Source: Escherichia coli (GTDB lineage Bacteria; Pseudomonadota; Gammaproteobacteria; Enterobacterales; Enterobacteriaceae). Taken from it: a DNA stretch of 64,000 nt. This document shows, piece after piece, positions 18,254 to 34,139 of this stretch. The notes beneath the pieces are model-generated. The model searched no databases and was not told the DNA's origin. It was given only the letters and a program-made list of their open reading frames with translations. Position 1 is the stretch's first letter; each line of letters opens with the position of its first letter. Location: NCBI RefSeq assembly GCF_003334255.1, contig NZ_QOWU01000010.1. One strand, written 5' to 3'. A program made the translations under genes and the position numbers.

Positions 18254-19429
18254 TTACAGCTTGTTGTAAACACGCGCTAAACGGCCGTGGCCTTTGACAG
18301 TCACCGGTGATTCGTTGGCGGCAATAAACGCTGATTCACCCGGTTTAAGCTGTAACTGCTGAGAACCTTTCCACAACGTTGCATCGCCTTCGACGCAGAA
18401 CAAAATGGCGGCACTCTGCTGGCTAATGGTGGTTTCTTTATCACTAAGGTCATGCAGCGAGAAGGCAAAATCATCCACTGGAATCGGGAAGTCCAGTTCT
18501 GCACCTTGTTTCACCGGCTGGGTCAACAACTGGTTAGCCGGTTTGGCTTCGAATTTCACATTGGCAACCAGTTCCGGAATATCAATGTATTTAGGCGTCA
18601 GACCCGCACGCAGCACGTTATCGGAGTTTGCCATCACTTCCAGCGCCACGCCTTGCAGGTAAGCGTGCGGTGTTTCAGCGAACAGGAACATCGCTTCGCC
18701 AGGGTTCAATTTCACCACATTCAGCAATAGCGGGGAGAACAGACCGCTGTCTTCCGGGTAAAATTCAGAAATTAAACGAATCGTTTGCCACGGTTCACCC
18801 TGCTGGCTATCGAGGGCCGATTTTAAAATCGCCAGCGCGCGGGATTTTTCTTCACCCTGCATATTCAACAGGCTGGCGAACAGTTCGCTTAAACGTTCGG
18901 CATCAGGCTGTTGTAAAAAGTGAGCAATCGCCGGATGTGCACCTGCGACCGGCTGGAGTAGGGAGACAATCTCGGAAAATTCACGAAACGCGTTCATCGC
19001 AAGGAAAGGCGTCAGCGCAAAAACCAGCTCCGGCTTGTGGTTAGGATCTTTATAGTTACGCTCGGCGGCATCCATCGGGATACCTGCGGCATTTTCTTTG
19101 GCAAAACCGATTTCAGAATTGTGTTTGTTTGGATGAACCTGAATGGAGAGTGGCTGTGCTGCGCATAATACTTTGAACAGGAAAGGCAGTTCGCCAAAGC
19201 GTTTGGCAACGGCCTCTCCGAGCAGAGTCGATTTATCACTCTCAATCACATCACGCAGTGAAACGATATCTCCGGCGGCATTCTGCACTCGTGAACTGCT
19301 TTTCGGATGTGCGCCCATCCACAGCTCGGCCATCGGCTGGCTGGACGGATTTTCCATACCATAAAGTTCAGTCAACGCCGTTTTGCTGCCCCAGGCATAG
19401 TTTTGCACTGAGTTAATGAGTTTTTGCAT
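18254..19429 (-). CDS. manA: Mannose-6-phosphate isomerase (391 aa)
   Basis: Start at Met 27 of the ORF (MQKLINSVQNYAWGSKTALTELYGMENPSS...), the class I PMI N-terminus. Confidence 0.93.
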   Translation of the reverse strand: MQKLINSVQNYAWGSKTALTELYGMENPSSQPMAELWMGAHPKSSSRVQNAAGDIVSLRDVIESDKSTLLGEAVAKRFGELPFLFKVLCAAQPLSIQVHPNKHNSEIGFAKENAAGIPMDAAERNYKDPNHKPELVFALTPFLAMNAFREFSEIVSLLQPVAGAHPAIAHFLQQPDAERLSELFASLLNMQGEEKSRALAILKSALDSQQGEPWQTIRLISEFYPEDSGLFSPLLLNVVKLNPGEAMFLFAETPHAYLQGVALEVMANSDNVLRAGLTPKYIDIPELVANVKFEAKPANQLLTQPVKQGAELDFPIPVDDFAFSLHDLSDKETTISQQSAAILFCVEGDATLWKGSQQLQLKPGESAFIAANESPVTVKGHGRLARVYNKL

Positions 19430-19627
19430 GATCAATCCCTGTTTTAATGTGGAAATTAATCCCACTATTAAAGCAAGAATCCTACGGGAAGTAACCTGGA
19501 GCCGCAAAAAGTCGTACTAGTCTCAGTTTTTGTTAAAAAAGTGTGTAGGATATTGTTACTCGCTTTTAACAGGGCAACGGAACACCCGCCCAGAGCATAA
19601 CCAAACCAGGCAGTAAGTGAGAGAACA

Positions 19628-21274
19628 ATGTCAAACAAACCCTTTCATTATCAGGCTCCTTTTCCACTCAAAAAAGATGATACTGAGTATTACCTGCTAA
19701 CCAGCGAACACGTTAGCGTATCTGAATTTGAAGGGCAGGAGATTTTGAAAGTCGCACCCGAAGCGTTAACTCTGTTGGCGCGCCAGGCGTTTCATGATGC
19801 GTCGTTCATGCTGCGTCCGGCGCACCAACAACAGGTGGCCGACATTCTGCGTGACCCGGAGGCCAGCGAAAATGATAAATATGTGGCGCTGCAATTCCTG
19901 CGTAACTCCGACATCGCGGCGAAAGGCGTTCTGCCAACCTGTCAGGATACCGGCACCGCGATTATTGTTGGTAAAAAAGGGCAGCGTGTATGGACCGGTG
20001 GTGGTGATGAAGCGGCGCTGGCGCGCGGTGTCTATAACACTTATATCGAAGATAATCTGCGCTACTCGCAAAACGCGCCGCTGGATATGTATAAAGAAGT
20101 GAATACCGGCACCAATCTGCCAGCGCAGATCGATCTTTATGCCGTTGATGGCGACGAATACAAATTCCTCTGTATCGCCAAAGGTGGTGGTTCGGCAAAC
20201 AAGACGTATCTCTATCAGGAAACCAAAGCGTTACTGACGCCGGGGAAACTGAAAAATTACCTGGTTGAGAAGATGCGCACGCTGGGTACGGCGGCCTGTC
20301 CTCCGTATCATATTGCGTTCGTTATTGGTGGAACTTCTGCAGAAACGAACCTTAAAACGGTGAAACTGGCTTCCGCGAAATACTATGATGAACTGCCAAC
20401 GGAAGGGAATGAGCACGGTCAGGCGTTCCGCGATGTGGAACTGGAAAAAGAATTGCTGATCGAAGCGCAAAATCTTGGTCTGGGTGCGCAGTTTGGTGGT
20501 AAATACTTCGCTCACGACATCCGCGTGATTCGCCTGCCACGTCACGGCGCATCCTGCCCGGTCGGTATGGGCGTCTCCTGCTCTGCTGACCGTAATATCA
20601 AAGCGAAGATCAACCGTCAGGGGATCTGGATCGAAAAACTGGAACATAATCCAGGCAAATATATCCCGGAAGAGCTGCGCAAAGCGGGAGAAGGCGAAGC
20701 GGTGCGCGTTGACCTTAACCGTCCGATGAAAGAGATCCTCGCACAGTTGTCGCAGTATCCCGTTTCTACACGCTTATCGCTTAACGGCACGATTATCGTC
20801 GGTCGTGATATTGCTCACGCCAAACTGAAAGAGCGGATGGATAACGGTGAAGGGCTGCCGCAGTACATCAAAGATCATCCGATTTACTACGCGGGTCCGG
20901 CCAAAACGCCGGAAGGTTATGCCTCCGGTTCTCTTGGCCCAACGACCGCCGGACGGATGGATTCTTATGTCGATCAACTGCAAGCGCAGGGCGGAAGTAT
21001 GATCATGCTGGCGAAAGGCAACCGCAGCCAGCAGGTGACGGATGCCTGTAAAAAACACGGCGGCTTCTACCTTGGCAGTATCGGTGGTCCGGCCGCTGTA
21101 TTGGCGCAGGGAAGTATTAAGTGCCTGGAATGTGTTGAATATCCGGAACTGGGAATGGAAGCCATCTGGAAAATTGAAGTGGAAGATTTCCCGGCGTTTA
21201 TCCTTGTGGATGATAAAGGAAATGACTTCTTCCAGCAGATACAACTCACACAATGCACCCGCTGTGTGAAATAA
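19628..21274 (+). CDS. fumA: Fumarate hydratase class I, aerobic (548 aa)
   Basis: 548-aa [44 protein letters not shown]... matches FumA; Cys-rich Fe-S fumarase. Confidence 0.95.
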   Translation: MSNKPFHYQAPFPLKKDDTEYYLLTSEHVSVSEFEGQEILKVAPEALTLLARQAFHDASFMLRPAHQQQVADILRDPEASENDKYVALQFLRNSDIAAKGVLPTCQDTGTAIIVGKKGQRVWTGGGDEAALARGVYNTYIEDNLRYSQNAPLDMYKEVNTGTNLPAQIDLYAVDGDEYKFLCIAKGGGSANKTYLYQETKALLTPGKLKNYLVEKMRTLGTAACPPYHIAFVIGGTSAETNLKTVKLASAKYYDELPTEGNEHGQAFRDVELEKELLIEAQNLGLGAQFGGKYFAHDIRVIRLPRHGASCPVGMGVSCSADRNIKAKINRQGIWIEKLEHNPGKYIPEELRKAGEGEAVRVDLNRPMKEILAQLSQYPVSTRLSLNGTIIVGRDIAHAKLKERMDNGEGLPQYIKDHPIYYAGPAKTPEGYASGSLGPTTAGRMDSYVDQLQAQGGSMIMLAKGNRSQQVTDACKKHGGFYLGSIGGPAAVLAQGSIKCLECVEYPELGMEAIWKIEVEDFPAFILVDDKGNDFFQQIQLTQCTRCVK

Positions 21275-21279
21275 ACAGA

Positions 21280-21304
21280 GCCGCCCTTCGGGGCGGTTTT
21301 TTTA
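21280..21304 (+). terminator. Intrinsic terminator downstream of fumA
   Basis: GC hairpin GCCGCCCTTCGGGGCGG followed by TTTTTTT. Confidence 0.7.
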
Positions 21305-21416
21305 CATGGCACGAAAGACCAAACATTTGTTATCAAATGGTAAATAATAAGTGAGCTAAAAGTTGCTTAACGAAAGCAAAACAGAAAGAAAAAATTAATC
21401 AGGTGAGGAGCAGGTC

Positions 21417-23779
<2,363 letters not shown>

Positions 23780-23821
23780 TTATAGCACAGTCGTGGTGAC
23801 TTGACCATCGTGCGCGTAGTG

Positions 23822-25123
23822 TCAGGCAGAGGTAAATTGCGGGATGTTATGCCATAACGGCCAGCTAAACGAGAAGCGGGCACCACCCAGTTCGCTGGTG
23901 TCACAATTAACCGTACCGCCCATTGCCAGTGCTATAGAGTGGACAATTGCCAGCCCCAGCCCGCAGCCGCCGGTTGAGCGATCCCGGCTGGGATCGAGGC
24001 GAACAAAAGGTTCAAAGATATGTTCGCGGTTTTCTGGGGCAATCCCTGGGCCATCATCCTCAACAATTAATGTCGCTCTATTCCCCGACAGTAGCAGGCT
24101 GGTTTCAACCGTTGAATGGCAGTACCGCAGGGCGTTATTGAGCAAATTATCCAGCACGCGCTCCATTAAGCGCATATCCAACGCCGCATAATGGCCTTGC
24201 ACGAGCGTTTTTATCCGTACCGTTTTATCGGGCGTTACTGCCTGAATATCTGCCAGATGCGTTGACAGCCACAACGGCAGGTCTGGTTCGCTAAGATGAA
24301 GCTCGTTTTGTGGGCGATCGAGTCGGGCATAAGTCAGCAGCTCTTCAATTAAAGCTTCAAGTTGACTGATATCACGATTCAACGCCTGGGATTCGGCGGC
24401 GCTCAGGTTATCGCTCATCTCCAGTCGATAACGCAGGCGCACTAACGGTGTTCGCAGTTCGTGAGCGATACCGTCAATAAGCTGTTTTTTGCTGGCAATT
24501 AAGGCGTTGATATTGTCCGCCATCTGGTTAAATGCGACGCCAAGTCGTTCAAAGCTCGAACCCTCATCAAAGTGGATACGTTCATTGAGATGCCCATCGC
24601 CAAATCGTTGCGCCGCTGCTTCCAGTTTTAACATATCCTGCCAGTGCGGACGCATCCAGATAAACACCGGAAAGGCGAGGGAAATAGCAATAAAAGCGAT
24701 CAGGGCGATATCCAGCAATCGCATCTGATGGAGATAATAAAGATAAGGAACAGGACCAACTGCCAGCACGTAGTGGCTGCGCGGGATACGCTGCAAAAAC
24801 GTGTACTGATCGTCCAGGGCGACAATTTCGCCGCCACGCAGTCGGTGCATGGAAATATCATCAAGATGGTATTTACTCAGTGGCTCGACACGCAGATCGA
24901 AAGAGAGATTTAAATCCATCTCTTTCAGAGTTTTACCCCAGTCGTGTGGGGGGATCTCACGCAATTCGCTGCGCATCAGATACAGCGAACTGTTCATCAA
25001 ATCATCCAGCGACTGTTTGCCCGCGCGTTCGGCGGTAAATTTGTACACCAGCCCAACCAGCAGAGACATCACAAGGAAGCAGACAAACAATAACAGGTAA
25101 AACTGGATAAACAGTTTTTTCAT
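23822..25123 (-). CDS. rstB: RstB sensor histidine kinase (433 aa)
   Basis: 433-aa ORF with two TM segments, HAMP, and H-box (GIAHELRTPLVRLRYRL) plus ATPase domain. Confidence 0.93.
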   Translation of the reverse strand: MKKLFIQFYLLLFVCFLVMSLLVGLVYKFTAERAGKQSLDDLMNSSLYLMRSELREIPPHDWGKTLKEMDLNLSFDLRVEPLSKYHLDDISMHRLRGGEIVALDDQYTFLQRIPRSHYVLAVGPVPYLYYLHQMRLLDIALIAFIAISLAFPVFIWMRPHWQDMLKLEAAAQRFGDGHLNERIHFDEGSSFERLGVAFNQMADNINALIASKKQLIDGIAHELRTPLVRLRYRLEMSDNLSAAESQALNRDISQLEALIEELLTYARLDRPQNELHLSEPDLPLWLSTHLADIQAVTPDKTVRIKTLVQGHYAALDMRLMERVLDNLLNNALRYCHSTVETSLLLSGNRATLIVEDDGPGIAPENREHIFEPFVRLDPSRDRSTGGCGLGLAIVHSIALAMGGTVNCDTSELGGARFSFSWPLWHNIPQFTSA

Positions 25124-25126
25124 CGC

Positions 25127-25846
25127 TTATTCCCATGCATGAGGCGCAAAAAGATAGCCTTTGTTACGCACAGTTTTAATGCGATAAGGTTCTGCGGCGT
25201 TATCGAGCAGTTTTTTTCTTAACCGCGAAATAGCCACGTCCACGCTACGATCCAGTCCGTCATAACTGACGCCGCGTAAATTTTTCAGCAATGCATCGCG
25301 GTCCATGATTTGCCCGGCATGGGTAGCTAATTCCCACAATAATTCGAAATCAGCTGTCGAGAGCGAGATTTCAGTGTTAGCCAGGGTGACTACGCGGTTG
25401 ATGGGATCGATGGTCAACGTGCCGAAATGCAGGGCTTTGTAGGGAGTCAGAGACGTTTCCTGAAGACCTTTGGTCAGTGTGGCTTGCTCATTCTGACGCA
25501 AATGCAAACGTAAACGCGCTAGCAAAACAGCAGGGGGCGTCGTTTTGAGAATATAGTCGCAGGCACCCATTTCCAGTGCCAGGATGTGGTTCATATCGCT
25601 ATCGAGAGAGGTTAGAAGAACAATCGGTCCAGACCACTTTGCGCGTAAATCACGACAAATGGTCATGCCGTCCTTGCCTGGTAGCATGATGTCGAGTAAC
25701 ACCAAATCCGGATTTTCTCGCAAAATGGTTTCTTCGGCCTGGTCGCCGCGCGGCTCTACGGTAACCTGCATATCATGTTTTGCCAGGTACGCGGCAATCA
25801 GTGAACCGACTTCCGCATCATCTTCCACAAATACGATAGTGTTCAT
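25127..25846 (-). CDS. rstA: RstA response regulator, OmpR family (239 aa)
   Basis: Start at internal Met (MNTIVFVEDDAEVGSLIAAYLAKHDMQV...); receiver domain plus winged-helix; ORF track start 25906 is an upstream extension. Confidence 0.9.
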   Translation of the reverse strand: MNTIVFVEDDAEVGSLIAAYLAKHDMQVTVEPRGDQAEETILRENPDLVLLDIMLPGKDGMTICRDLRAKWSGPIVLLTSLDSDMNHILALEMGACDYILKTTPPAVLLARLRLHLRQNEQATLTKGLQETSLTPYKALHFGTLTIDPINRVVTLANTEISLSTADFELLWELATHAGQIMDRDALLKNLRGVSYDGLDRSVDVAISRLRKKLLDNAAEPYRIKTVRNKGYLFAPHAWE

Positions 25847-25974
25847 AACATTCACGGTAGATATAAAAACGTCACAATACACCGCGCTGTTTTTACTTAC
25901 TATCAATCGTTTCTAAACAAGTTTTCATCAGGTATTCTACTGATGACTTGTTATGGAAGTGTTAAGGTAAAAAG

Positions 25975-26310
25975 ATGGGGCTGGTAATCAAAGCCGCGCT
26001 CGGTGCGCTGGTAGTGCTGTTGATTGGTGTTTTAGCAAAAACGAAAAATTATTATATCGCCGGGCTGATTCCACTTTTCCCGACCTTTGCGCTTATCGCG
26101 CATTATATTGTTGCCAGCGAACGCGGCATTGAAGCCTTACGCGCAACCATCATTTTTAGTATGTGGTCGATTATTCCCTATTTTGTTTACCTGGTGTCGC
26201 TGTGGTATTTCACCGGAATGATGCGCTTGCCCGCCGCTTTTGTTGGTTCTGTTGCGTGTTGGGGGATAAGCGCATGGGTGTTGATTATATGCTGGATAAA
26301 GCTGCATTAA
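25975..26310 (+). CDS. ydgC: YdgC, GlpM-family inner membrane protein (111 aa)
   Basis: 111-aa hydrophobic ORF MGLVIKAALGALVVLLIGVLAKTKNYYIAGLIPLFPTF... Confidence 0.88.
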   Translation: MGLVIKAALGALVVLLIGVLAKTKNYYIAGLIPLFPTFALIAHYIVASERGIEALRATIIFSMWSIIPYFVYLVSLWYFTGMMRLPAAFVGSVACWGISAWVLIICWIKLH

Positions 26311-27029
26311 CGCAGATGACGACCGCCATCAAGTGGGAAACTGCGTCCGGTGACAAAGCAACTGGTAAGTAAGTAATCGACCAGGTCGATCACTTCTTTC
26401 TCGCCAGGCGCGGTTTTCATCAGTGATTTATTCAGCGCCTGTTGTCGATATTCGGCATCATCATGTTCATTAAACAGGATCAGCGATGGCGCAATAGAAT
26501 TCACTTTCACTTCCGGTGCCAGCTTGCGGGCAAACGAGCGGGTCATATTATCCAGTGCCGCTTTGCTTGCAGCATACGCAATATGTTTGTCGCTACCGCG
26601 CTCCACCACATAATCGGTAAAGTGAATGATATCGCTGGCGGCGTGTCCGTGCCCACGCAGTAATCTTTCCAGCGCATGGTTGAGCAGGTATGGGGTATTA
26701 ACGTGGATCTGCATCATGCAAGCCAGTACGTCGGCCAGTGGCGCACCCGGTTTTTCCGCCATCCACGCACTGGCGTTATGCAAAATAGCACGCAGACCAT
26801 GGGTGCTTTTTAGTACTTCATCGGCAAACGCCATCACACCGTCGTTGGTCGAAAAATCAGCCTGAATACACTGCGCACCTGCATTAATCAGTCCATCAAT
26901 GGCTGGATAGTGTGTCCGATAGCTGACAATCACCGGTTGCTTTTGATTAATGAAATGCCATGCGAGGGCGAGGCCGATGCGACGACCTCCGCCAGTAATT
27001 AATATTGGCAAGGGCTGGGTTTTACCCAT
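26307..27029 (-). CDS. folM: FolM, dihydromonapterin reductase, SDR family (240 aa)
   Basis: 240-aa ORF MGKTQPLPILITGGGRRIGLALAWHF... SDR fold; matches FolM. Confidence 0.92.
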   Translation of the reverse strand: MGKTQPLPILITGGGRRIGLALAWHFINQKQPVIVSYRTHYPAIDGLINAGAQCIQADFSTNDGVMAFADEVLKSTHGLRAILHNASAWMAEKPGAPLADVLACMMQIHVNTPYLLNHALERLLRGHGHAASDIIHFTDYVVERGSDKHIAYAASKAALDNMTRSFARKLAPEVKVNSIAPSLILFNEHDDAEYRQQALNKSLMKTAPGEKEVIDLVDYLLTSCFVTGRSFPLDGGRHLR

Positions 27030-27065
27030 CGTTATCTCCTTTGCTATCCAACGATGGGATGAACG

Positions 27066-28448
27066 TTATCCCACCAGCATCCAGGTCGCCGGAACTGAGG
27101 CAATTAACAGCATGCCAATCAGCACCATTTCCTGACGGTTCAGTACATTATCATGGGTATGCGTTTTGCGCGCGTACAGGAAAACCAGCAGCCCCGGTGC
27201 ATACAGAACAACGGATAACAGCAAGTGCATTGGACCAGAGGCGTACAATAACCATAAGCCATAAATGCAGGCACCGACACCTACCGCTTTATGCAGTGGA
27301 CGGGTTGCGATTTTCAGCAAGAACGCGCCGACCAGGAAATAGGGCACCAGAATCATTTCTGAGGCGATGGTCAGCAACGTGTTGTAATCGGAACCGGTCA
27401 GCCAGATGAGTACCAGACAAATTTGCACGCAGATGTTGGTCAACCACAGTGAGGCGGATGGCGCAGCTTGTGCGTTCTGGCGCGCAAAAATGCGCGGGAA
27501 TGCTTTATGAGTGGCGGCCAGGAACGGTACTTCTGCTGCCATGATGGTCCAGCTTAAGTACGCGCCGCAAACGGAAACGATCAAACCGGCAGCGATGATG
27601 ATTTCGCCCCATGGTCCCATCATTTCCACCATCAGACCGGCCATTGACGGGTTACGAATTTCAGCCAGTTCAGGACGTGCCACCACACCCAGCGAAAGCA
27701 GCGTTACCAGCAAGTAAACGCCCAGAGCGGAGAGAACCGCCAGCAGTGTCGCTTTGCCAACATCACGTTTATTACGCGCACGCGCAGAAACAACCACGGC
27801 ACCTTCCACACCAATGAAAACCCACAGGGTGATCAGCATGGTGTTTTTCACCTGTTCCCAAACGGGTACGCCAAGTGCAAGTCCGGTGAAGTCGAGCTTG
27901 AAGGTATCCAGTTTGAACATCATCATCGCCAGCACAACAAACAGACCCAGCGGCAACAATTTTGCCAGTGTCGCCACCAGGTTAATGCTGGCAGCGGTTT
28001 GCACCCCGCGCAGGATCAAAAAGTGAACAATCCACAATAAAGCCGATGCACCGACTATCGATTGCCAGGTATTACCATCGCCAAACAGGCGCAATTCCGG
28101 CGTGTCCGTAAAAAAGCTTAACGCGGAAAAAACGATCACCAGATAGGAGACGTTGGCGATGACTGCGCACAGCCAGTATCCCCATGCGGAACAAAAGCCG
28201 ATTAGCTCGCCAAACCCTTCGCGGGCATAGGTAAAGATACCGCCGTCAAGTTCGGGACGAATGCGCGTGAGGATCAGCATGGCAAAGGCCAGCAATAAAA
28301 TGCCAGCGCCAGTAATACCCCAGCCGATGAGCAGTGCTGCCGGGCTGGCAACTGCCGCCATATTTTGCGGCAGACTGAAAACACCCGCGCCCAGCATTGA
28401 GCTTAATACCAGCGCGGTGAGTGCGCTCAGTCCCAGTTTCTTTTCCAT
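27066..28448 (-). CDS. ydgI: YdgI (ArcD-like) arginine:ornithine antiporter, APC family (460 aa)
   Basis: 460-aa polytopic ORF MEKKLGLSALTALVLSSMLGAGVFSLPQNMA..., APC-family signature. Confidence 0.9.
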   Translation of the reverse strand: MEKKLGLSALTALVLSSMLGAGVFSLPQNMAAVASPAALLIGWGITGAGILLLAFAMLILTRIRPELDGGIFTYAREGFGELIGFCSAWGYWLCAVIANVSYLVIVFSALSFFTDTPELRLFGDGNTWQSIVGASALLWIVHFLILRGVQTAASINLVATLAKLLPLGLFVVLAMMMFKLDTFKLDFTGLALGVPVWEQVKNTMLITLWVFIGVEGAVVVSARARNKRDVGKATLLAVLSALGVYLLVTLLSLGVVARPELAEIRNPSMAGLMVEMMGPWGEIIIAAGLIVSVCGAYLSWTIMAAEVPFLAATHKAFPRIFARQNAQAAPSASLWLTNICVQICLVLIWLTGSDYNTLLTIASEMILVPYFLVGAFLLKIATRPLHKAVGVGACIYGLWLLYASGPMHLLLSVVLYAPGLLVFLYARKTHTHDNVLNRQEMVLIGMLLIASVPATWMLVG

Positions 28449-28633
28449 CGATATCCAGTGATTAAAACGTGATAAGAAGAATAAATATTAGGGCAAAACG
28501 CATAAAAATGGAGTTTGCCACTGAAGCGCGGGATTTTACGAAGAGATGTGTCTGCATGCAATGGTCGCGGGGAAATTTGTGACTAAAAATGCGAAAGGCG
28601 GCATCAAGCCGCCTTATAGGAGTAACTGAATAG

Positions 28634-29578
28634 TTATTTATACAGATCTGCGCTGACGGTCAGGTTATTACCACGTTCCTGCCACTGGCGGGTGATGTGG
28701 TAATACTTAGCACCTTTCTTCGCGGCACGTTTCGCAACCTGATAGGAGACTTCGGTCATGTTGCCGTAGTTGCCAGAGAATTTGATGCTGTCGAACGGGA
28801 CCATCATCGCTGCGGTCGCTTTGTTCAGTTCTTCGACTTTAGTGCCATCCGGGAGCGTGACGGTGTAACGCCCGCCTTTTGATGACTGGGTTTCAAAGAA
28901 GCGACCGACTTCAGAACTTGGTGATGCGGTAGTCGCAACACCCGGGATCTCAACTTTCTTCGCGGCTTCGCCACCGGCAGCCAGAGCTGCACGTCCTGCT
29001 TCGGAATCTGCCGGGATCACATCCGGGCTCTGGACGATACGTTTCTTAGCATCTTTTTTATAGATGAATGCAGTAATACGCTGGTTGCCGCCCTGGTTGG
29101 CATCGATTTGACGAACGATGTAGAAAGAGTAGGCACCTTTCGCTTTTGCCGCTTTGGTGATGGCATCATTGACTTCTGGCTGGCTACGATAGAAGCCCTG
29201 GACGGTGACCGTGTCAAACGGTTCAATCAGAACAGCCTGATCTTTCGGCAGTTCGACAACACCGTTAATTACGCGATTACTTGTTTCTTCTGCTTTTTCA
29301 GCATCGGCTTTATAGAGGTCAGCGACCACACGCCAGTTACCGCTGTTACCAAAATCAGAAGTGTCGACAACATAAAAAGAGGCGGCACCTTCTTTATCTG
29401 CGCGACGAGAAACGGCTTTCACCGCTTCGCCAATAGCATTAAAACGACCGGTAACCACTACACGGTCAAAAGGTTTAACCGCTGCCGCTTGCTCCGGTGT
29501 CAGTTCTGTTGCTGCGTTAACGGAGAATGCCGTAGCAGAAAGCAGTGCCGACGCCAGGAGGGTGTTCTTAAGCTTCAT
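28634..29578 (-). CDS. ydgH: YdgH, DUF1471-repeat periplasmic protein (314 aa)
   Basis: 314-aa ORF with signal peptide and three repeated YdgH/BhsA/McbA-like domains. Confidence 0.9.
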   Translation of the reverse strand: MKLKNTLLASALLSATAFSVNAATELTPEQAAAVKPFDRVVVTGRFNAIGEAVKAVSRRADKEGAASFYVVDTSDFGNSGNWRVVADLYKADAEKAEETSNRVINGVVELPKDQAVLIEPFDTVTVQGFYRSQPEVNDAITKAAKAKGAYSFYIVRQIDANQGGNQRITAFIYKKDAKKRIVQSPDVIPADSEAGRAALAAGGEAAKKVEIPGVATTASPSSEVGRFFETQSSKGGRYTVTLPDGTKVEELNKATAAMMVPFDSIKFSGNYGNMTEVSYQVAKRAAKKGAKYYHITRQWQERGNNLTVSADLYK

Positions 29579-30038
29579 AAAAATAATCCTTCGCCTTGCG
29601 CAAACCAGGTACTGGTATTGTTATTAACGAGAAACGTGGCTGATTATTGCATTTAAACGGTGTAACTGTCTGCGTCATTTTTCATATCACATTCCTTAAG
29701 CCAATTTTAATCCTGCTCAAATGACCGTCTATGCTTAAAAAACAGCCGTATCAGCATCATTACTACTGAAGCAACTGAATTGTATAAGTTAATTTAATGT
29801 TAAGTAGTGATTCGTGCCGGGGCGATGTCTCGTTTTACCCGACCGTCGAAGACAATTATCAGTCTTTATCCGGCGTTCTAAGGTGTTTATCCCACTATCA
29901 CGGCTGAATCGTTAATATTTTGCGAGTTCACGCCGAAATACTGATTTTTGGCGCTAGATCACAGGCATAATTTTCAGTACGTTATAGGGCGTTTGTTACT
30001 AATTTATTTTAACGGAGTAACATTTAGCTCGTACATGA

Positions 30039-31634
<1,596 letters not shown>

Positions 31635-31641
31635 GGGGTAA

Positions 31642-33033
<1,392 letters not shown>

Positions 33034-33038
33034 CCCTG

Positions 33039-33060
33039 ACGGCCTCTGCTGAGGCCGTCA
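33039..33060. terminator. Bidirectional hairpin between convergent pntB and tqsA
   Basis: Inverted repeat GACGGCCTC-TGCT-GAGGCCGTC (9-bp stem) between the two stop codons. Confidence 0.5.
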
Positions 33061-33963
33061 CTCTTTATTGAGATCGCTTAACAGAACGGCGATGCTTTGA
33101 CCTCCCGCTGTTTGTTCAAGCGCAATTTTGACAATAATTGTCAACGGCACGGAAAGCAGCATACCCACCGGTCCTAACAACCATCCCCAAAAAATCAACG
33201 ACAAAAATACCACCAATGTGGAAAGCCCCAGCCCACGCCCCATGATACGCGGCTCCAGAATATTGCCGAAGACCAGATTAATCAGCAGATATCCCGCCAG
33301 CACCAGCAACGCTTCGTAGAAGCCATTAAACACCAGTACCTGAGCGATAGGGGGGATTGCCGCGAGGACTGAACCAATATTCGGGATGTAATTAAGCGCA
33401 AAGGCCAGCAATCCCCAGACAAAAGCGAAGCGAACATCGAGTGCGGCGAGCATCGCCCAGGCGACCAGGCCGGTGATGATGCTGATGGCTGTTTTCAGCA
33501 CCAGATAATGAGAAACACTGTCAATCGCACGTTGAATCGCCGCCATCCCTTCAACCGGACGCGCCATCATTTGCTGAAATTTTCCGGGCAATTGTGGCAC
33601 TTCGAGCAGCATAAACAGCACCGTCAGCAGCAATAAAAATATTGATGACATGGCATTAGATAACTGCGTCAATAAGTTGGTGAGCAACGTCATCGCCGCG
33701 TTCGGATCAATATAATGCGCCAGCTGGTCAACTGAGACGTCAATCCCTACGCGTTGCAACAACGGTTCAAGCGCTTGCAGCGGCGTCATAATAGAGTTGC
33801 GATATTGCGGTAACGTCCGCGTCAACTCGTTGAGCGCGGAACCCAGATAAGCTAATAGCAACACCATCGCCATCACGATGATGGTCATCAAAATCGACAC
33901 CGCCAGTACACGCGGCACACGCCAGCGGACCATGTGTTGCACCAGCGGGTTAAGAATAACAGC
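33058..33963 (-). pseudogene. tqsA: tqsA (ydgG) 3' fragment: AI-2 exporter lacking its first 45 codons because of island insertion
   Basis: Minus-strand coding sequence ...[27 protein letters not shown]... to stop matches TqsA residues 44-344; sequence 5' of 33964 is unrelated and enters an integrase gene. Confidence 0.88.
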
Positions 33964-33964
33964 A
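33956..33964. repeat. Left att core copy (ATAACAGCA) at island/tqsA junction (attL)
   Basis: Identical 9-mer at both junctions; flanking sequence on the outer sides corresponds to contiguous tqsA codons. Confidence 0.7.
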
Positions 33965-34091
33965 TTTTATCATTTAGTGTTTTTTGCTGTTTCATAATGT
34001 TTCAGGCTGTGCATTATGTTTTTGATTATCAACAGATTTGTGATTTTCCTTGTTCCAGCTTGTTTCACGTTGTAGCCCTTTGTGCAACGAT

Positions 34092-34115
34092 CGGTGTAGT
34101 CACTGGTGTAGTCAC
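34092..34115 (+). repeat. Tandem 10-bp repeat GGTGTAGTCA x2 (candidate integrase arm-type site) upstream of int
   Basis: CGGTGTAGTCACTGGTGTAGTCAC 25 bp upstream of the int start; a near-identical copy lies at 48725-48747 near the other island end. Confidence 0.5.
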
Positions 34116-34139
34116 TTTTTCGTAAAGAGGGGGTAAAAC

